DNA of 64,000 nt, taken from Okamejei kenojei. Its lineage: Eukaryota. The notes beneath the pieces are model-generated. The model searched no databases and was not told the origin of the DNA. It worked only from the letters and a program-made list of their open reading frames with translations. Positions within the stretch are counted from its first letter, which is position 1. Every line of letters begins with the position of its first letter. The DNA lies in contig CM069135.1 in the NCBI GenBank assembly GCA_035221665.1, positions 26,474,001-26,538,000 on the forward strand, written 5' to 3'. This document shows, piece by piece, positions 24,721 through 37,888 of this stretch. The translations under genes were made by a program, and so were the position numbers.

Positions 24721-25632
24721 AAGCTTGGAAAGCTGCCCCAAATTCACCCTTGTCTTTGAGTGTTGATGAATGAGATTAGTTGTATTAGTTCTGCTTTTGT
24801 TCATCATTCTCTCCAAACCTGCTAACGTAAACCAGGACAAGAAAGGTTACAAGGTCTTGTGCTTGCTAGTTATGTAATAGAAGAAAAGCAACCATTGTGT
24901 TGCAATGTCTTTGAAATGCCTTGAAACAGTCATGCTCTAGTATCTGCTGTCTTAATTCATTTTCTGCTCCCGTTTCAAGAATGACTCAGACCTCAACACA
25001 AAGTCCCATGCTTACTGTCCTTATTTTTTGCACCATATTTTCTTCCCCCTTTCAAAAAACATTCAACAACATTTTGAATTTTAGAAAAACAATGGATTCA
25101 TTCATCAGGTTAGCAATCGCGTCATTGAATAAGATCAACATTACATTAAAAGAGAAAGATTCGGTTAAAGAAATCTTATGATACCACTTGAAGAGGATAT
25201 TATAAGTGACAACACTGCTCATTTTTAAGACAACCATAAGAATCACTGACAAGTTCAAGAACAACACAGCACGTTTAATGCATCCAGTTAAAAGTGCTTT
25301 ACAAAAGTACTCACAAAATGGTGCAGTGGTTAGTCACATGGTGCAGTCACAGCGCCACACGACCCAGGTTTCAAGCTGACCTTGGGTGGTGCCTAGGTAG
25401 AATCTGTATGTTCTCCCTTTGAATTCATCTCCTTTAAAGTTTACCCCTCCTCATCTTAAAGATATGCCCTCTATCTTTGACTCTTCCACTCCGGGGAAAA
25501 GGATTTGACCATCTACGCCTTTCATAATTTTATAAACTTCAATTAGGTCTCCCCTAAGCCTCCGATGCTCCAAATAAAACAATCCAAGTTTGTCCAAGCT
25601 CCCCTTATAGTTAATACTCACTAAACCAAGCA

Positions 25633-26340
25633 GGGGGGGGGGGGGGTGGGGGAGAGACGGGGGGGGGGGGGGGGGGGGGGGAGACGGAGAGGGGGGAGAG
25701 GGAAGTGAGTAGTTGAGGGGGGAGGGGTGAGTGGAGGTGGAGGGAGAGGGGGGGGGGGGGAGGGGAGAGGGGGAGGGGGGGAGGGGAGGGGGAGGGGAGG
25801 GAGGAGGGGTGGAGAGGGCGAGTGGAGGTGGAGAGAGAGTAGCCTAAGAGAGAGAGAGAGAGGTAGAGAGAGGAGGGGGAGAAAGAGCAGGGGAGAGAGA
25901 GGGGGAGAGGGGACGGGGAGAGAGAGGAGGGGGAGAGAGGGGGAGAGAGTGGGAAGTGGAGGTGGAGGGGTTAGGGGGAGTAAGGGGAGGGGGAGGGGAG
26001 AGGGGGAGAGCGTGGGGGGAGAGTGAGGGTGGATAGAGAGTGGAGGGAGGGGGGAGAGAGAGGAGGGGGGAGAGGAGAAAGAGAGGGAGTGAGAGGAGGG
26101 GGAGAGAGGGGGGGTAGCGGGGGGAGGGAGGGATTAGAGGGGGAGAGAGGAGTGGGAAGGACAGGGGGGGAAGTGAGAGGGGGAAAGGGAGGAGGGTGGA
26201 GGGGGGAGAGAGGAGGGGGAAGGGATGGAGGGGGTAGTGGGGGGGGAGGTAAGAGGGGAGGGAAGGGGGTTAGAGGAGGAAGTGGAAGGGAGGGAGGGGG
26301 AGGAAGAGAGAGGAGGGGGGAGGGAGGAGGTGGGGAGAGG
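25633..26340. repeat. About 700-bp G/A-rich low-complexity tract
   Basis: Almost pure purine on the plus strand, with many G runs. Confidence 0.95.
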
Positions 26341-26946
26341 GGTGGCCCGACTCTCTGGAAACCCGGAGCGGGTGTAGCAGCGGGGGGGGGGGAGGAGCAG
26401 GATAGGAACGGTTAGCAGTGGGAGGGAGGGGGCAGGGGATGGACATGACTTCATTCGCTGCGCAGGCCACGAAGAGAAGAGAGTTGTTCTTCAGAAGCAA
26501 TCGTGAAAAGCTCTTGAACGCAGGTGAACGCCGGTGTGTGACCTCGGGATTTGAAGAACCTGTTCGTACTTTCTGCGCCTTTTGAAGAATTGGGGGGGGG
26601 GGGGGGGAGGGTGGTGACATAACTCATGGAAAACAGTGCGCTGAACACAGCAGCTGCTTTAATCCAGAGCAGGGTGGGGGGGGGGGGGGCCTGGGCCACG
26701 AGCAAAGGCATTGTGGTGTCATCAGCTGGCCAGCGGTTAGATTTGAAAATAAGTAAATGGTAAACAATTTTAGTAAACGACTTGGAAATAATTAACCAAA
26801 TTTACAGATAATGGGACTTTTGAAATCATTAGGTAAATCCATACTGGAATATGTAAAATTTACACTGTTTCGGTGTCGGGTTTTCGAGGAGATGTGAATC
26901 AAAGGCGAAATGACATACACACACACAGAGTTTTAATAAGTATATA
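25633..26946 (-). mobile_element. Possible non-autonomous Helitron-like element, truncated
   Basis: The minus strand begins TATATACTTATTAAAACTCTGTGTGTGTG, resembling Helitron-N 5' ends. No CTRR 3' end is visible. Confidence 0.35.
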
Positions 26947-27792
26947 ATATATATGATATGATATATGATATGATACCTTAACCGATGAAGCCAAGCAAGC
27001 TGCACACTTTTTTAATGGTAATTCTTGGCTTAATTCTCAGTCTTAATTTTTGTTAAGTGACAAACTCATGGAAGACACAGAACATAATTAAATTTAATTC
27101 AGCCAAATCTTGAGGCAAGTAGTAACTCAGACAGAAGCAAAACGATAATGTTTGAGTGCTAACATTGCACGACATCAGACATTGAAAAATTGGAGCAATA
27201 GTTGAACCATGCAATACAAAGAGATATCTTGTGAAAACGGGAGGTACAATCAGTGGCGTGCACATAAATCACTTAAATCCTGCGAATGATGTGCAAGACA
27301 ATGTGTGATGTTGAGTGTGTTCCAGAGGACGATCCAGAGGAGACCGTAGAAGAAATAGACAAGACGATACCAGACTGAAGTTCGGAATGATATTTTGCTC
27401 GTCAAGAAATGGATACAATACAACCACACATACTCGAAGATCAAATGAACCAAAAAATCCTGTGAAGTTTATATTTATAACGTGGAAATGTGAATCAGGC
27501 TTTCTCTTAGAAAAGGAGAAAGTATGTGCACACATGATGTACATACACATGCAGAGTGCAGATGAAATATGAATAAACAAAATGCATATAATGTAATGGA
27601 TCTTCGTGTTGCCCTGATTCTCAATATTTCTTCTGTTACAACCGTTGGAACAAGTTATGTTTATATACACACATAAGTTAGTGTTCAGAATCAGCTATTG
27701 TTCGGTTCAGTTTAAGGCCATTTATTCAGCAGCGCCTTTGTTATTGGAGATGGTTTAAAAAATATATTTATTGAATGTCTGCATTTGTATAC

Positions 27793-27990
27793 AGTGGCAT
27801 AGTGGCAGAGTTGCTGCCTTACAGCAAAATGCAGTGGCAGAGACATGGGTTCGATCCTGACTACAGGGGCTGGCTGTACGGAGTTTGTACGTTCTCCCCG
27901 TGACCTGTGTGGGTTTTCTCCGAGATCCTCGGTTTCTTCCCACACTCCAAATACGTACAGGATTGTAGGTTAATTGGCTTGATCAATTGG
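27793..27990 (+). mobile_element. HE1-like V-SINE
   Basis: A-box-like GTGGCATAGTGG and B box GGTTCGATCC, followed by the V-domain GAGTTTGTACGTTCTCCCCGTG. Confidence 0.85.
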
Positions 27991-29562
27991 CTTGATAAAA
28001 AAAGTAAAATTGTCCAAGTTGGCGATATGCAGAGTACTGCCCTGCCGACTACAAAATTCAGAAGGTATATTTGGAGTTGGGAGAACATTTGAATCTAAAG
28101 GTGAACATTTAAAATTGGAAAATTCTGTTAGATATTTTTGATAAATGTTTTCTCAACTGCTGTGAAAAATGAAGAGTTTGTTTTTTAGAAATACCATGTG
28201 ACCCAATTTCTAAGCTTCAGTGTCTGGTTTTAAATCGGAGCTTTGCCAGGTATAATGGGGTTATTGTTCGAAGTAACTGGTTCTATGCAGTTTAAATTCA
28301 TTTTATTCAGTATTCTTGTTTCCTGAAGAAATGTATAGGAGTCCAATGAAAGGGTGACCACATGATGTAATTTGTTGGGTTGTTATGAGCATAAACCCTT
28401 TATTTTCCCATTTATTTTCCCATTTATTTTCCATTTCTCTTCTTTTTTTCAATTAATAATCAGTCTTAATTATAATAGGAAGAAACAGCACAGCTCTGAA
28501 TTCTGCAATAGTCATTTTCAATTGCTAGTTAATGTTTTACATGAGAGAGTCCTAGTCTTGGATAGGAGACCAAAATGTATAAACGTTTGTTAGGATTCAA
28601 CCTCACAGTGTATACACATTTCTGGAGTGTTGTAGTGATTATGTTGTTTTGTCTGATTTTTGTTTCAAGGGAATACTTTGAATGTTTTAAAATTACGCAA
28701 ATGGAACTATTTAGTTTGAAGAAAATTGATTTAAAAAAATCACAGCATTTCTGTGCAGTTTTAATGTGGGGGTTTTAATAGTGGTGATATATTACCAAGG
28801 TTATAAGGTCATACGTGATAGGAGCAGAATTAGGCCCTTTGGGCCCTTCGGCCCATCAAGTCTACTCTGCCATTTCATCATGGCTGTTCTGTCTCCCTCC
28901 TAACTAAAACGATTTACCACCTTGCATTGCCCTTCATGACCACAGCGCAAACCCAATGTATTTCACAGTTCAAGTACTTCTGAGGCATTGTCATTGATAA
29001 GCACCAGGAAACATGTTAGCAACATCTCACAACCTGCAACATAACTGTGACCAGTTAGCTGCTATCCTCTGCTCCTCGGTGAAGGAAAAAAATTTAGTCA
29101 GGACAGCGAGGACTGCCCCTCACCTCTTTGGAATAATGTCCAAAGGTTCTGTGGTTGATGGTCAAAGTCTCAGTAAACTGGTTTCTCTGGAAGACAGCAC
29201 ATCCAACTGTTCAAGGCTCCAACTCTGGGTGATTCAGCCTTGAATCTGGGCTCAGGTCCATGAGTGATGTGGTCTGAACAGGCCAGGTTTAATAGCATGT
29301 GCAGAAGGGTGAGGAAAGTGGAGCAAGATAAATTTGGATGTGTTTGGATAATTGGGTAAACTTTATTAGAAACCAAGGACTGAGGGAACGGGTTCAGTGC
29401 GAGGCAGTTGAAGGCAGATGTTTCTTCCAAATGCACGATTGCAGAATTATAAAAAGGCGATTTATCTGTGTTTGATTTTGAAGCTCGTCGTGAAGATGAA
29501 TGCATTTGGTTTGTCAGATCATCAAATACATTCGGCAGCATTCAGGAAACCCACTAGTTTTC

Positions 29563-29670
29563 CTGATCCCTGACCAGTCTGAAGAAGGGTCTCGACCCGA
29601 AACGTCGCCTATCTCCTTCGCTCCTTAGATGCTGCTGCACCCGCTGAGTTTCTCCAGCTTTTTGTGTACC
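29563..29670 (+). mobile_element. Solo Penelope pLTR unit with 9-bp TSD
   Basis: CTAGTTTTC at 29554-29562 and 29671-29679. Ends TTTTTGTGTACC like the Penelope terminus at 31180. Confidence 0.9.
29579..29606 (+). ncRNA. Minimal type I hammerhead ribozyme motif (Penelope pLTR type)
   Basis: CTGAAGA-A-GGGT(CTCG)ACCC-GAAAC-GTC gives the conserved core, helix II and GUC triplet. Helix I is only about 2 bp. Confidence 0.7.
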
Positions 29671-29751
29671 CTAGTTTTCTCCTTAGTTTGTGGCTCAATG
29701 TGGCCCTCTGATGGCTGTGTTATGAATTACACAAAGCTATGGCAAGAAGAT

Positions 29752-31161
29752 TTATCGCAGTGTTTTTTTTTTAATGAGGACCAACTCCGCTAGGCGGAGG
29801 AGGGTGTCAGTGGACGGGTATGGGTTGCTCCTCTGGTCGAGGAAGAACCGGAGGGCTTTGAGACCGTCCTGGTGGGGGGATGGAGGTGTAGAGTGACTGG
29901 ACGTCCATGGTAAAGATGAGAGGATGGGGGCCTGGAGAATGGAATGCACGGAGCCGACGGAGAGTGTCTGAGGTGTCTTGAACATAGGTGGGGAGGGATT
30001 TAACAAAGGGGGATAGGATGGCGTCAAGGTATGTGGAAATTGTGTTCGGTGGGGCACGAACAGGCAGAGACAATGGGTCTGCCAGGGCAGTCGGGTTTGT
30101 GAATTTTGGGGAGAAGGTAAAATCGGGCCGTGCGGGGCTGGGAAACGATGAGGTCGGAGGCTCGGTGGGGTAGGGAGCCCGAGCTGATGAAGTTGGTTAT
30201 GGTGCTCGAGATGGTGGCCTGGTGTTCGTCAGTGGGGTCATGGTCTAGGGGTAAGTAGGAGGAGGTGTCCGAGAGTTGGCGCGCGGCCTCCGCTTTGTAG
30301 AGATCAACGCGCCAGACTACCACGGCACCTCCCTTGTCGGCGGGTTTGATAACCCAGTCTGGGTTGTTACGGAGTGAGTCGATGGCAGTACGTTCAGGGC
30401 TGGAGAGATTGGAGTGAGACAGGGGGGTGGAGAAGTCGAGGCGGTTTGATGTCCCGACGGCAGTTCTGGATAAATAGTTCCAGAGCCGGAAGGCTACGAG
30501 GGGGGTTCCAAGTGGAGGCGGTACGTGGGAGACAGGAAAAGGGATCATCAGTGGGGGGCGAGGGCTTCTTCCCGTGGAAGAACGCTGTGAGGCGGAGGCG
30601 ACGGTTTAGAAGAGCTCCAAGTCGTGGTGGGCGCGGAACTCATTGAGGTGGGGACGGAGGGGGACAAAGGTGAGACCTCTGCTGAAGACAGACCGTTCGA
30701 TGTCGGAGAGGGGGAGGTCCGGGGGGGGATGGTGAACACGCGGCAAGGATGGGGGTTTGTGGCCGGAGGAAGGCAGGTGAGTGCACTGAGGACGAAGCGT
30801 TGTGTGGTGGGGGGGGTGGAGGGTGGTCAGGCGGTAGGGGGGTATGGGGGCTGTGGTGTGGGTGGGGAAGAGCAGGGGTTACATGGTAGGGGGGGATGGG
30901 GAAGACCCAGTGGAATAGCCACTAAGGTTACTGGGGGCTGGGAGCCAGGCACTAGGACCCAGTGCCGTTAAAGACAGAGTGGTGGGGGGCGTTAGCAACG
31001 TGGAGGCTTCAGGCCCACTGCAGAGTCCAGTCTGCAGGTGAGGCGACGGCTGCGGGCTGCTGGAGGGCGGTGGAGGAGAGTCTCGGCCCGAAACGTCGCC
31101 TATCTCCTTCGCTCCTTAGATGCTGCTGCACCCGCTGAGTTTCTCCAGCTTTTTGTGTACC
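29752..31161 (-). mobile_element. Penelope-like element: N-terminal ORF part (minus) joined to an inverted pLTR end (about 31080-31161, plus), 15-bp TSD
   Basis: SNLS, IKPADKGGAVVVW, FYLLPKIHKP..PGRPIVS and FTMDVQSLYTSIP. CTATGGCAAGAAGAT at 29737-29751 and 31162-31176. Confidence 0.9.
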
Positions 31162-31178
31162 CTATGGCAAGAAGATCA

Positions 31179-32589
31179 TGGGTACACAAAAGTCTGGAGA
31201 AACTCAGCGGGTGCAGCAGCATCTAAGGAGCGAAGGAGATAGGCGATGTTTCGGGGGAGGGGCCCTTCTTCAGACTGGTCAGGGATCAGGGAAACGAGAG
31301 ATATAGACGGTGATGTGGAGAGATAAAGAACAATGAATGAAAGATATGCAAAAAAAAGTATCGATGATAAAGGGAACAAGCCATTGTAAGCTGTTTGTAG
31401 TGTGAAAATGAGAAGCTAGTGCGACTAGGGTGGGGGAGGGAGATAGAGATAGAGGGAATGCCAGGGCCTGAGGGCTGAGGGAGAGGTGGGAAGGGGAGGA
31501 GACAGCAAGGGTTAACAGAATTGAGAAAATTCAATGTTCAAGCCCAGAGGATGCAGACTCCCCAAGCGGAATATGAGGTGCTGTTCCTCCAACTTGCGGT
31601 GTTGCTCACTCTGGCCGTGGAGGAGACCCAGGACCGAGAGGTCGGATACGGAATGGGAGGGGGAGTTGAAGTGCTGAGCCACCGGGAGGTCGGCTTGGTT
31701 ATTGCGGACCGAGCGGAGGTGTTCGGCGAATCGATCGCCAAGCCTCCGCTTGGTCTCACCGAAATATATGATCTGGTGGCATCTGGAGCAGCGGATGCAG
31801 TAGATGAGGTTGGAGGAGGTGCAGGTGAACCTCTGTCAGACCTGGAAGGACTGCTTGGTCCCTGAAAGGAGAGGAGGGGGGAGGTGAAGGGACAAGTGTA
31901 GCATTTCTTGCGGTTGCAAGGGAAAGTGCCCGGGGAAGGGGTAGAGCGGGAGAGAAAGGAAGAATTGACAAGGGAGTTGCGGAGGGAGCGGTCTTTGCGG
32001 AAGGCAGACGGGGGGGAGATGGGAAGATGTGGCGAGTGGAGGGGTCACGTTGGAGGTGGCGAAACTGGCGGAGGACTATGTGTTGTATTTGCCGGCTGGT
32101 GGGGTGAAAGGTGAGGACCAGGGGGACTCTGCCCTTGTTGCGAGTGGAGGAATGGGGAGAGAGGGCAGTGTTGCGGGGTATGGAGGAGACCCTGGTGCGA
32201 GCCTCATCTATAGTGGGGAAGGGGAATCCCCGTTCTCTGAAGAAAGAGGACATTTGTGATGACCTGGTGTGCAACACCTCATCCTGGGAGCAGATGTGGC
32301 GTAGACGGAGGAATTGGGAATAGGGGATGGAGTCCTTACAGGAAGCAGGGTGGGAGGAAGAGTAGTCCAGGTAGCTGTGGGAGTCAGTTGGTTTATAGTG
32401 GATGTCGGTCAGGAGTGTATCACCTGCAATAGAGATGGTGAGGTCAAGGAATGGTAGGGAAATGTCGGAAATGGTCCAAGTGTATTTGAGTGCCGGATGG
32501 AAGTTGGTGGTGAAATGGATGAAGTTAGTCAGTTGTGTGTGGGTGCAGGAGGTGACACCAAAGCAGTCGTCGATGTGAAGATGCAAGAT
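31179..32589 (-). mobile_element. Penelope-like element 3' part (RT C-terminus, GIY-YIG endonuclease, pLTR), 12-bp TSD
   Basis: IDDCF, LPFLDL, YKPTDSHSYL and IPYSQFLRL. Frameshifted GIY-YIG region. GCAAGAAGATCA at 31167-31178 and 32590-32601. Confidence 0.92.
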
Positions 32590-33339
32590 GCAAGAAGATC
32601 ACTCCTGAATGCTGACTTTGTTATTGTCTTCACAGAATTTGACATTGCCCCTGTAGTCTTTAATAGAGCAATTCTTCCAATCCTGCTAATTATTATAATA
32701 GGTTTCAAGCTTAAACTCTTGAAATGCTTATGGTGCAAATGTTTTGAAACCCACTACTCCCGACTTTATTGAGTTACTTAGAATTGGTCACTAAATGACC
32801 AGTGTGTCTTTCGAGTATTAAACCTGCGTGCACTCCTCGTTAAGGCTTAGATTTATTGTATTGACGAGGTACATTGAAAGCTTTGTTTTGCATGCTATTC
32901 AATCAGATCAGTGAGTACTGTACATAAATACAATTAAGTCAAACTCAAGTACAACAGATGGGGCAGAGGGAACGATACAGAGTGCAGAATATAGCTCTCA
33001 GCAGTGTGGAAAACCAGTTCCATAGACAAATTCCAATTCTCCTAGAGGTGAGCTTTCACCTTTCGAAGTTCCATGTTGTTAATAGAAACTGCATGTGCAA
33101 GGCTCACACAGGCACGGAGGCCAAGTCATTGGGTACTTTTAAGATGGAGATTGACAGATTCTTGATTAGTAAGGGAGTCAAGGGTTATGGGGAGAAGGCA
33201 GGAGAATGGGGCTGAGGGAGAGATAGACCAGACATGATCGAATGGCTGACTCGATGGGCCGAATGGTCTATTTATTTAACTATGACATGAATTTATGAAC
33301 TTATTAATGTCATATGGAAAAACAATGTGCAAATGTGCT

Positions 33340-36147
33340 GTGATCAATTCATTTATTGAAACTGATATTCTTATCGGGTCTGAATCTTGGCTGGACCCAT
33401 CAATCAAATCTGCTGAGATTTTCCCTCCTCACCTCCAAATTTTTAGAAAGGACAGAAACAAGCATGGAGGAGGTGTCTTCATCGGAGTTAACAATCCCAT
33501 TCCCTGCTTGTGGTCAGCGACTCTGAGCAAATCTGGTGTCAGGCTACGCTTGGGGGTCAGTCGTTACAGATCGGAAGCTTTTACCGACCTCCTGACACGA
33601 AAACGGAGCCTCTTTTAGATCTTGGATCGAACATCTCCAAAATTAATGCCTCTTCACGCTCACCACTTATCATCCTGGGGGGCGATTCCAATGTCCCGGG
33701 TGTAGATTGGTCAGATGGCATACAAAGCGAACCAAAAGGGGCTCTCCCGGAAGCCCTAGCTGACTTTACTCTGGAAAATCACCTGTCCCAAAAAGTCTCT
33801 TTCCCTACCAGGCGTGATGAGACAAGTGGCACCGAAAATACTTTAGATTTACTGTTCACTTCACACCCAGATTTAATCTCGGAACTATCATCATGTGCAG
33901 GAATTAGTGATCATTATATTATCCAAGCAAAATTGCGCTTAAAGCTTAAAGCCCCTTCAAAACCACCGCGAAAATTTTCCCTCTGGAATGAAAGTGAACA
34001 GCGAGGAATTTAAAGGCTTAGCTAAAAAACTGGCAAAAGATTTCTTCAACCTGCAACCAGATAAAAGATCCATAGAAGACAACTGGGTGTGGCTGAAAAA
34101 CTCTTTAAATAATATTGTCACAAATCATGTTCCTCAAAAACTAATCAAGGGCCGTATGCGTCCTCCTTGGTTTTCGGCAAAACTGAAACGTCTCTGCAGT
34201 AAGAAAGAGAACTTTTATATCCGTGCCAAAAAAGGGGGTACAAAATTGGACTGGGACAATTTTACTAGTGTGCGAAAGCAAGTCGATCGTGCAATTAGGA
34301 GTGCTCATAGACAACATGTTTCCTCTATTCTTGGGGGGGGAGAACAACCCAAGGCTTTTTGGAGATATGTGAAATCCAGACGGACAGACAACACTGGTGT
34401 CCAGATGTTAAAAGTGAACAACTGCCTGATCACTGAGGACCAGGCGAAAGCAGAAGCTCCTGAGAACCAATTCCAACACGTTTTCACCCGGGAAGATGTG
34501 GAGCCTTCATCATTTCCAGTCCTTCCGCCCAGCCCATATGCTGATATGCCTGCTATTAAAATTGAGGTTGAAGGTGTCAAGAAGTTATTGCTCAACATTA
34601 ATACCACAAAAAGCAATTGGACCAGGTCCGATACAAAATCAAGCTCTCAAGATCGCAGCCGAAGAACTGGCTCCAGTTTTACAGTTCATTTTTTCAAAAA
34701 TCGCTTGACTCGGGCGATGTACCGCTGGATTGGAGGAAGGCCAACATCACTCCTCTCTTTAAGAAGGGTTCAACCACCAACCCAGCGAATTATCGTCCTG
34801 TTTCACTAACAAGTACTTGCTGTAAATTGCTGGAGCATATCATTGATAGTAATCTGATGCGTCACGTGAGCAAACATAATATTCTTGCCCACAACCAACA
34901 TTGCGTTTAGGAGGCATAGATCATGCGAGTCTCAGCTTATCCTGACAACAAATGACCTGGCCAAGCACCTTGACTGTAACGTCATCATGGATTTAGTTGT
35001 ACTGGACTTTTCTAAAGCATTTGATGTCATCCCACACCAGAGACTGCTTCGGAAGCTTGACTTCTACGGTATTCGTTCCAACACGAAACGATGGATTTCC
35101 AGTTTCCTGACAAAACGTCTTCAGCGCGTGTGTGTGAACGGAAAGAGCTCCAATTGGCGCCCAGTGTTGAGTGGTACACCCCAGGGCACAGTACCTGGCC
35201 CACACCTATTTTTGCTTTACATCAATGACATCCATGAAAAAGTCGCAAGTACGACCAGACTATTCGCTGATGATTGTTTGCTGTACCGTCCAATTAAGTC
35301 AGCTGATGATGAAGATGCTCTCCAAAAAGATCTCAATACTATGGTCGAGTGGTCACAACAATGGGGCATGCAGTTCAACCCTTCCAAATGTGAAACCATG
35401 CGTGTCACCAGAAAGAGGAATCCAGGCGTCATATATTACGACATACTTGGTGTCACCCTTGAAGAATCCAAACAAACCAAGTATCTTGGCATCAAATTGC
35501 AGAATGATCTATGTTGGAACGGTCAGACTCATCATGCAACAGTGAAAGCAACAGGCGTCCTAAATTTCCTGAGGCGCAACTTCCATCATTGTTCAGCGCC
35601 TGTCAAGGAGAAGCTGTATTTCACCCTCGTTAGACCTCATCTGGACTTCGCAGTTGCAGCTTGGGACCCATACACAGATAAAAACATTCCATCCATCGAA
35701 CGTGTCCAAAGACAGGCCGCTCGATTTGTTACTAACACCTACGAGAGAGAAGCGAGTGTCACCAAACTTCTGAATTCTCTGGGGTGGAACCCTCTCCAAG
35801 ACAGACGTGAAGCTCACCGTTTGACCCGTTTTTACAAAATGTTAAATGGTCAGCTAGACATAGATCACAAGGCCTACACCAACCCCAAACCAATTAGGAG
35901 CAGACGAGGACATTCGATCCAATTTGTGGTCCCAGCCACAAAGACAGATGTGTACAGCAATTCGTTCTTCCCACGCACAATTAAAGCATGGAATAATCTC
36001 CACCAAACCACGGTTGCCCAGCCAGATGCAACTAAATTTAAAGTGGCACTCTCTTCCCAATAACCCTCTCTGGCTAAACCCCTCCCTTCACCACCTCCAG
36101 TTTAAATTCCGGTTGGAATATTTTGGAGGACCAAGTAACCAAGAACC
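33340..36147 (+). mobile_element. CR1-group LINE distinct from HER1 (APE and RT ORF2 nearly complete, a few frameshifts)
   Basis: IGSESWL, YRPP, ILGGDSN, TLDLLF and SDH. NYRPVSLTS, LDFSKAFD, GTPQGTV and FADD. SFFPRTIKAWN. Stop at 36063, 3' hairpin and ACCAAG(T/A) tail. Confidence 0.9.
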
Positions 36148-36434
36148 TTCCTGCCGAAGAGACACTGCAAAGTGACTTTCTAGACCCAGTATGGAAGCAC
36201 TGACTGAGGGTAAAAGGCTGGTCGTGTCACTGTTTACTCGGTACCGTGATATTCCACAATCCAACTGTTCTGAAATTCTGATGGTTCGGCATCTGACTCA
36301 CTGGGAATGGTTGCCGTGCGGGAATCATTCACCTGAGCCCTAGTTGCTGCATCCCCTTCAAACTTACCTCATGGAAAAATGTATTGTAATATTGCCTAAC
36401 GTCTAAAAAAAAGTAAATTTAAAATGTGTTAGAA

Positions 36435-36835
36435 CTAAGTCCACACTGACCATCAACCACCCATTCATATTAGTTCTATGTTATCCCATTTTCGCATCCA
36501 ACACACTGGGGACAATTTATAGCTAATTAACCTATAGACCTGTATGTATTTGTCGGAGGAAACTGGAGCACTCGGAGGAAATCCATACGGTCAGAAGGAG
36601 AACGAACAAATTCTGCACAGACAGCACCGAGGTCAGCATTGAACCCAGGCCTCTAACTCTGTAAAGCACCAGCTGTACCAGCTGATGTGCCTCTGTGCCG
36701 TCAACAGTCTGAATCTATCTGCAAGACCTGCACCACCAAAGTCTGAAGAAGGTTCCCGACCAAAAACGTCACCTATCAATGTTCTCCAGGACTGCTGCCT
36801 AGCCCGCTAAGTTACTCCAGCACGTTGTGTCCTGT
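36435..36835. mobile_element. V-SINE (minus, to about 36700) followed by a pLTR remnant (plus, about 36740-36835)
   Basis: SINE body motifs. CTGAAGAAGGTTCCCGACCAAAAACGTC. Confidence 0.7.
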
Positions 36836-37888
36836 TTGTATACTTAAGGGGGTTTGGATCAGTTGCAGACAATCTATCCTGCAGTCATGGCCTTAGTTAA
36901 CATTTTGTCCAACATACGGCCCCTCCAATGGTGAAATACTTGAGAATGCACTGAGCTATGTTGGGCTTTGTTAATATACTCCTCCCTCCTCATGTAAAAC
37001 TTTGCGACTTAAGAGATAAAAGCATCACCCATTAAGCCCTATCTGGATGGCATGCACACGAGTTGCAGGATATGGTAGCTAATATGAAGAATGTTGCTGA
37101 TGACAGCTGGAATTAGCCATCTGAGAAATCTGATAAGAGTAATTACTGGAGCTGCTGTAAAGTATCCCTTAGTTATCCTTAAGGATTAAAGGGGAGTTAG
37201 TGGAATGTGAGAGAGAAAATAAACTGCATATCTACAAGGGAATAAGGAGAGGGACAGATCAGTTTGTTCTGCTGAGGGCTGGCATTGGCCTGATGGGCTG
37301 AATGGCCAATTTGAATATAAAGATGAGTGTTTAATTACAACCTTTTGAGGCAGTAGTCACTGAGGATTGGTGGGAGGGGAACGTAGTACATAGCAGGCTG
37401 CAACACATTGATAAATGGGTTTCAACTGATCAGAGCTGTTAGAAATTACTCTGTGGTAGTGCCTGAATCGGAAAGTGCAGTTTGCTTAAATTTAGCCAAT
37501 CTTCAGTGCAAACTGGAAAGACCTGTCTTGTCCCTGGAAATAGGTTTTTAAGTGAATCATCAAATCGGCAACATTCTATGTGAATCTGGTTTAGGAAGGT
37601 TACTTAACAATGAACCACAAGCTTCTGACTGATTCACAAATGCTTCCATCTGGCTCCATTTCTCTCCCCCAACCTATCACCTGTTACCACTCCCCTTACA
37701 TAAACACTCTCAGTAGCCCCATTCTCTTTAACCCATCAACCTCAATGTCTCACTCACCACGACCTACAGTGCCCTCCATAATGTTTGGGACAAAGACCCA
37801 TCATTTATTTATTTGCCTCTTTACTCCACAATTTGAGATTTGTAATAGAGAAAAAAAATCTCATGTCATAGAGAAAAAAAAATCACAT

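Noticed and set aside
25727-26620. Gly/Arg/Glu-rich and Pro/Ser-rich ORFs
   Set aside because: Translations of the polypurine tract.
27000-27700. Unique-looking segment with short ORFs
   Set aside because: No recognisable domain, splice pattern or structure.
27793-27870. tRNA-like A/B boxes
   Set aside because: Head of a V-SINE; no complete cloverleaf.
28398-28435. 12-bp tandem TTTATTTTCCCA
   Set aside because: Ordinary short tandem duplication.
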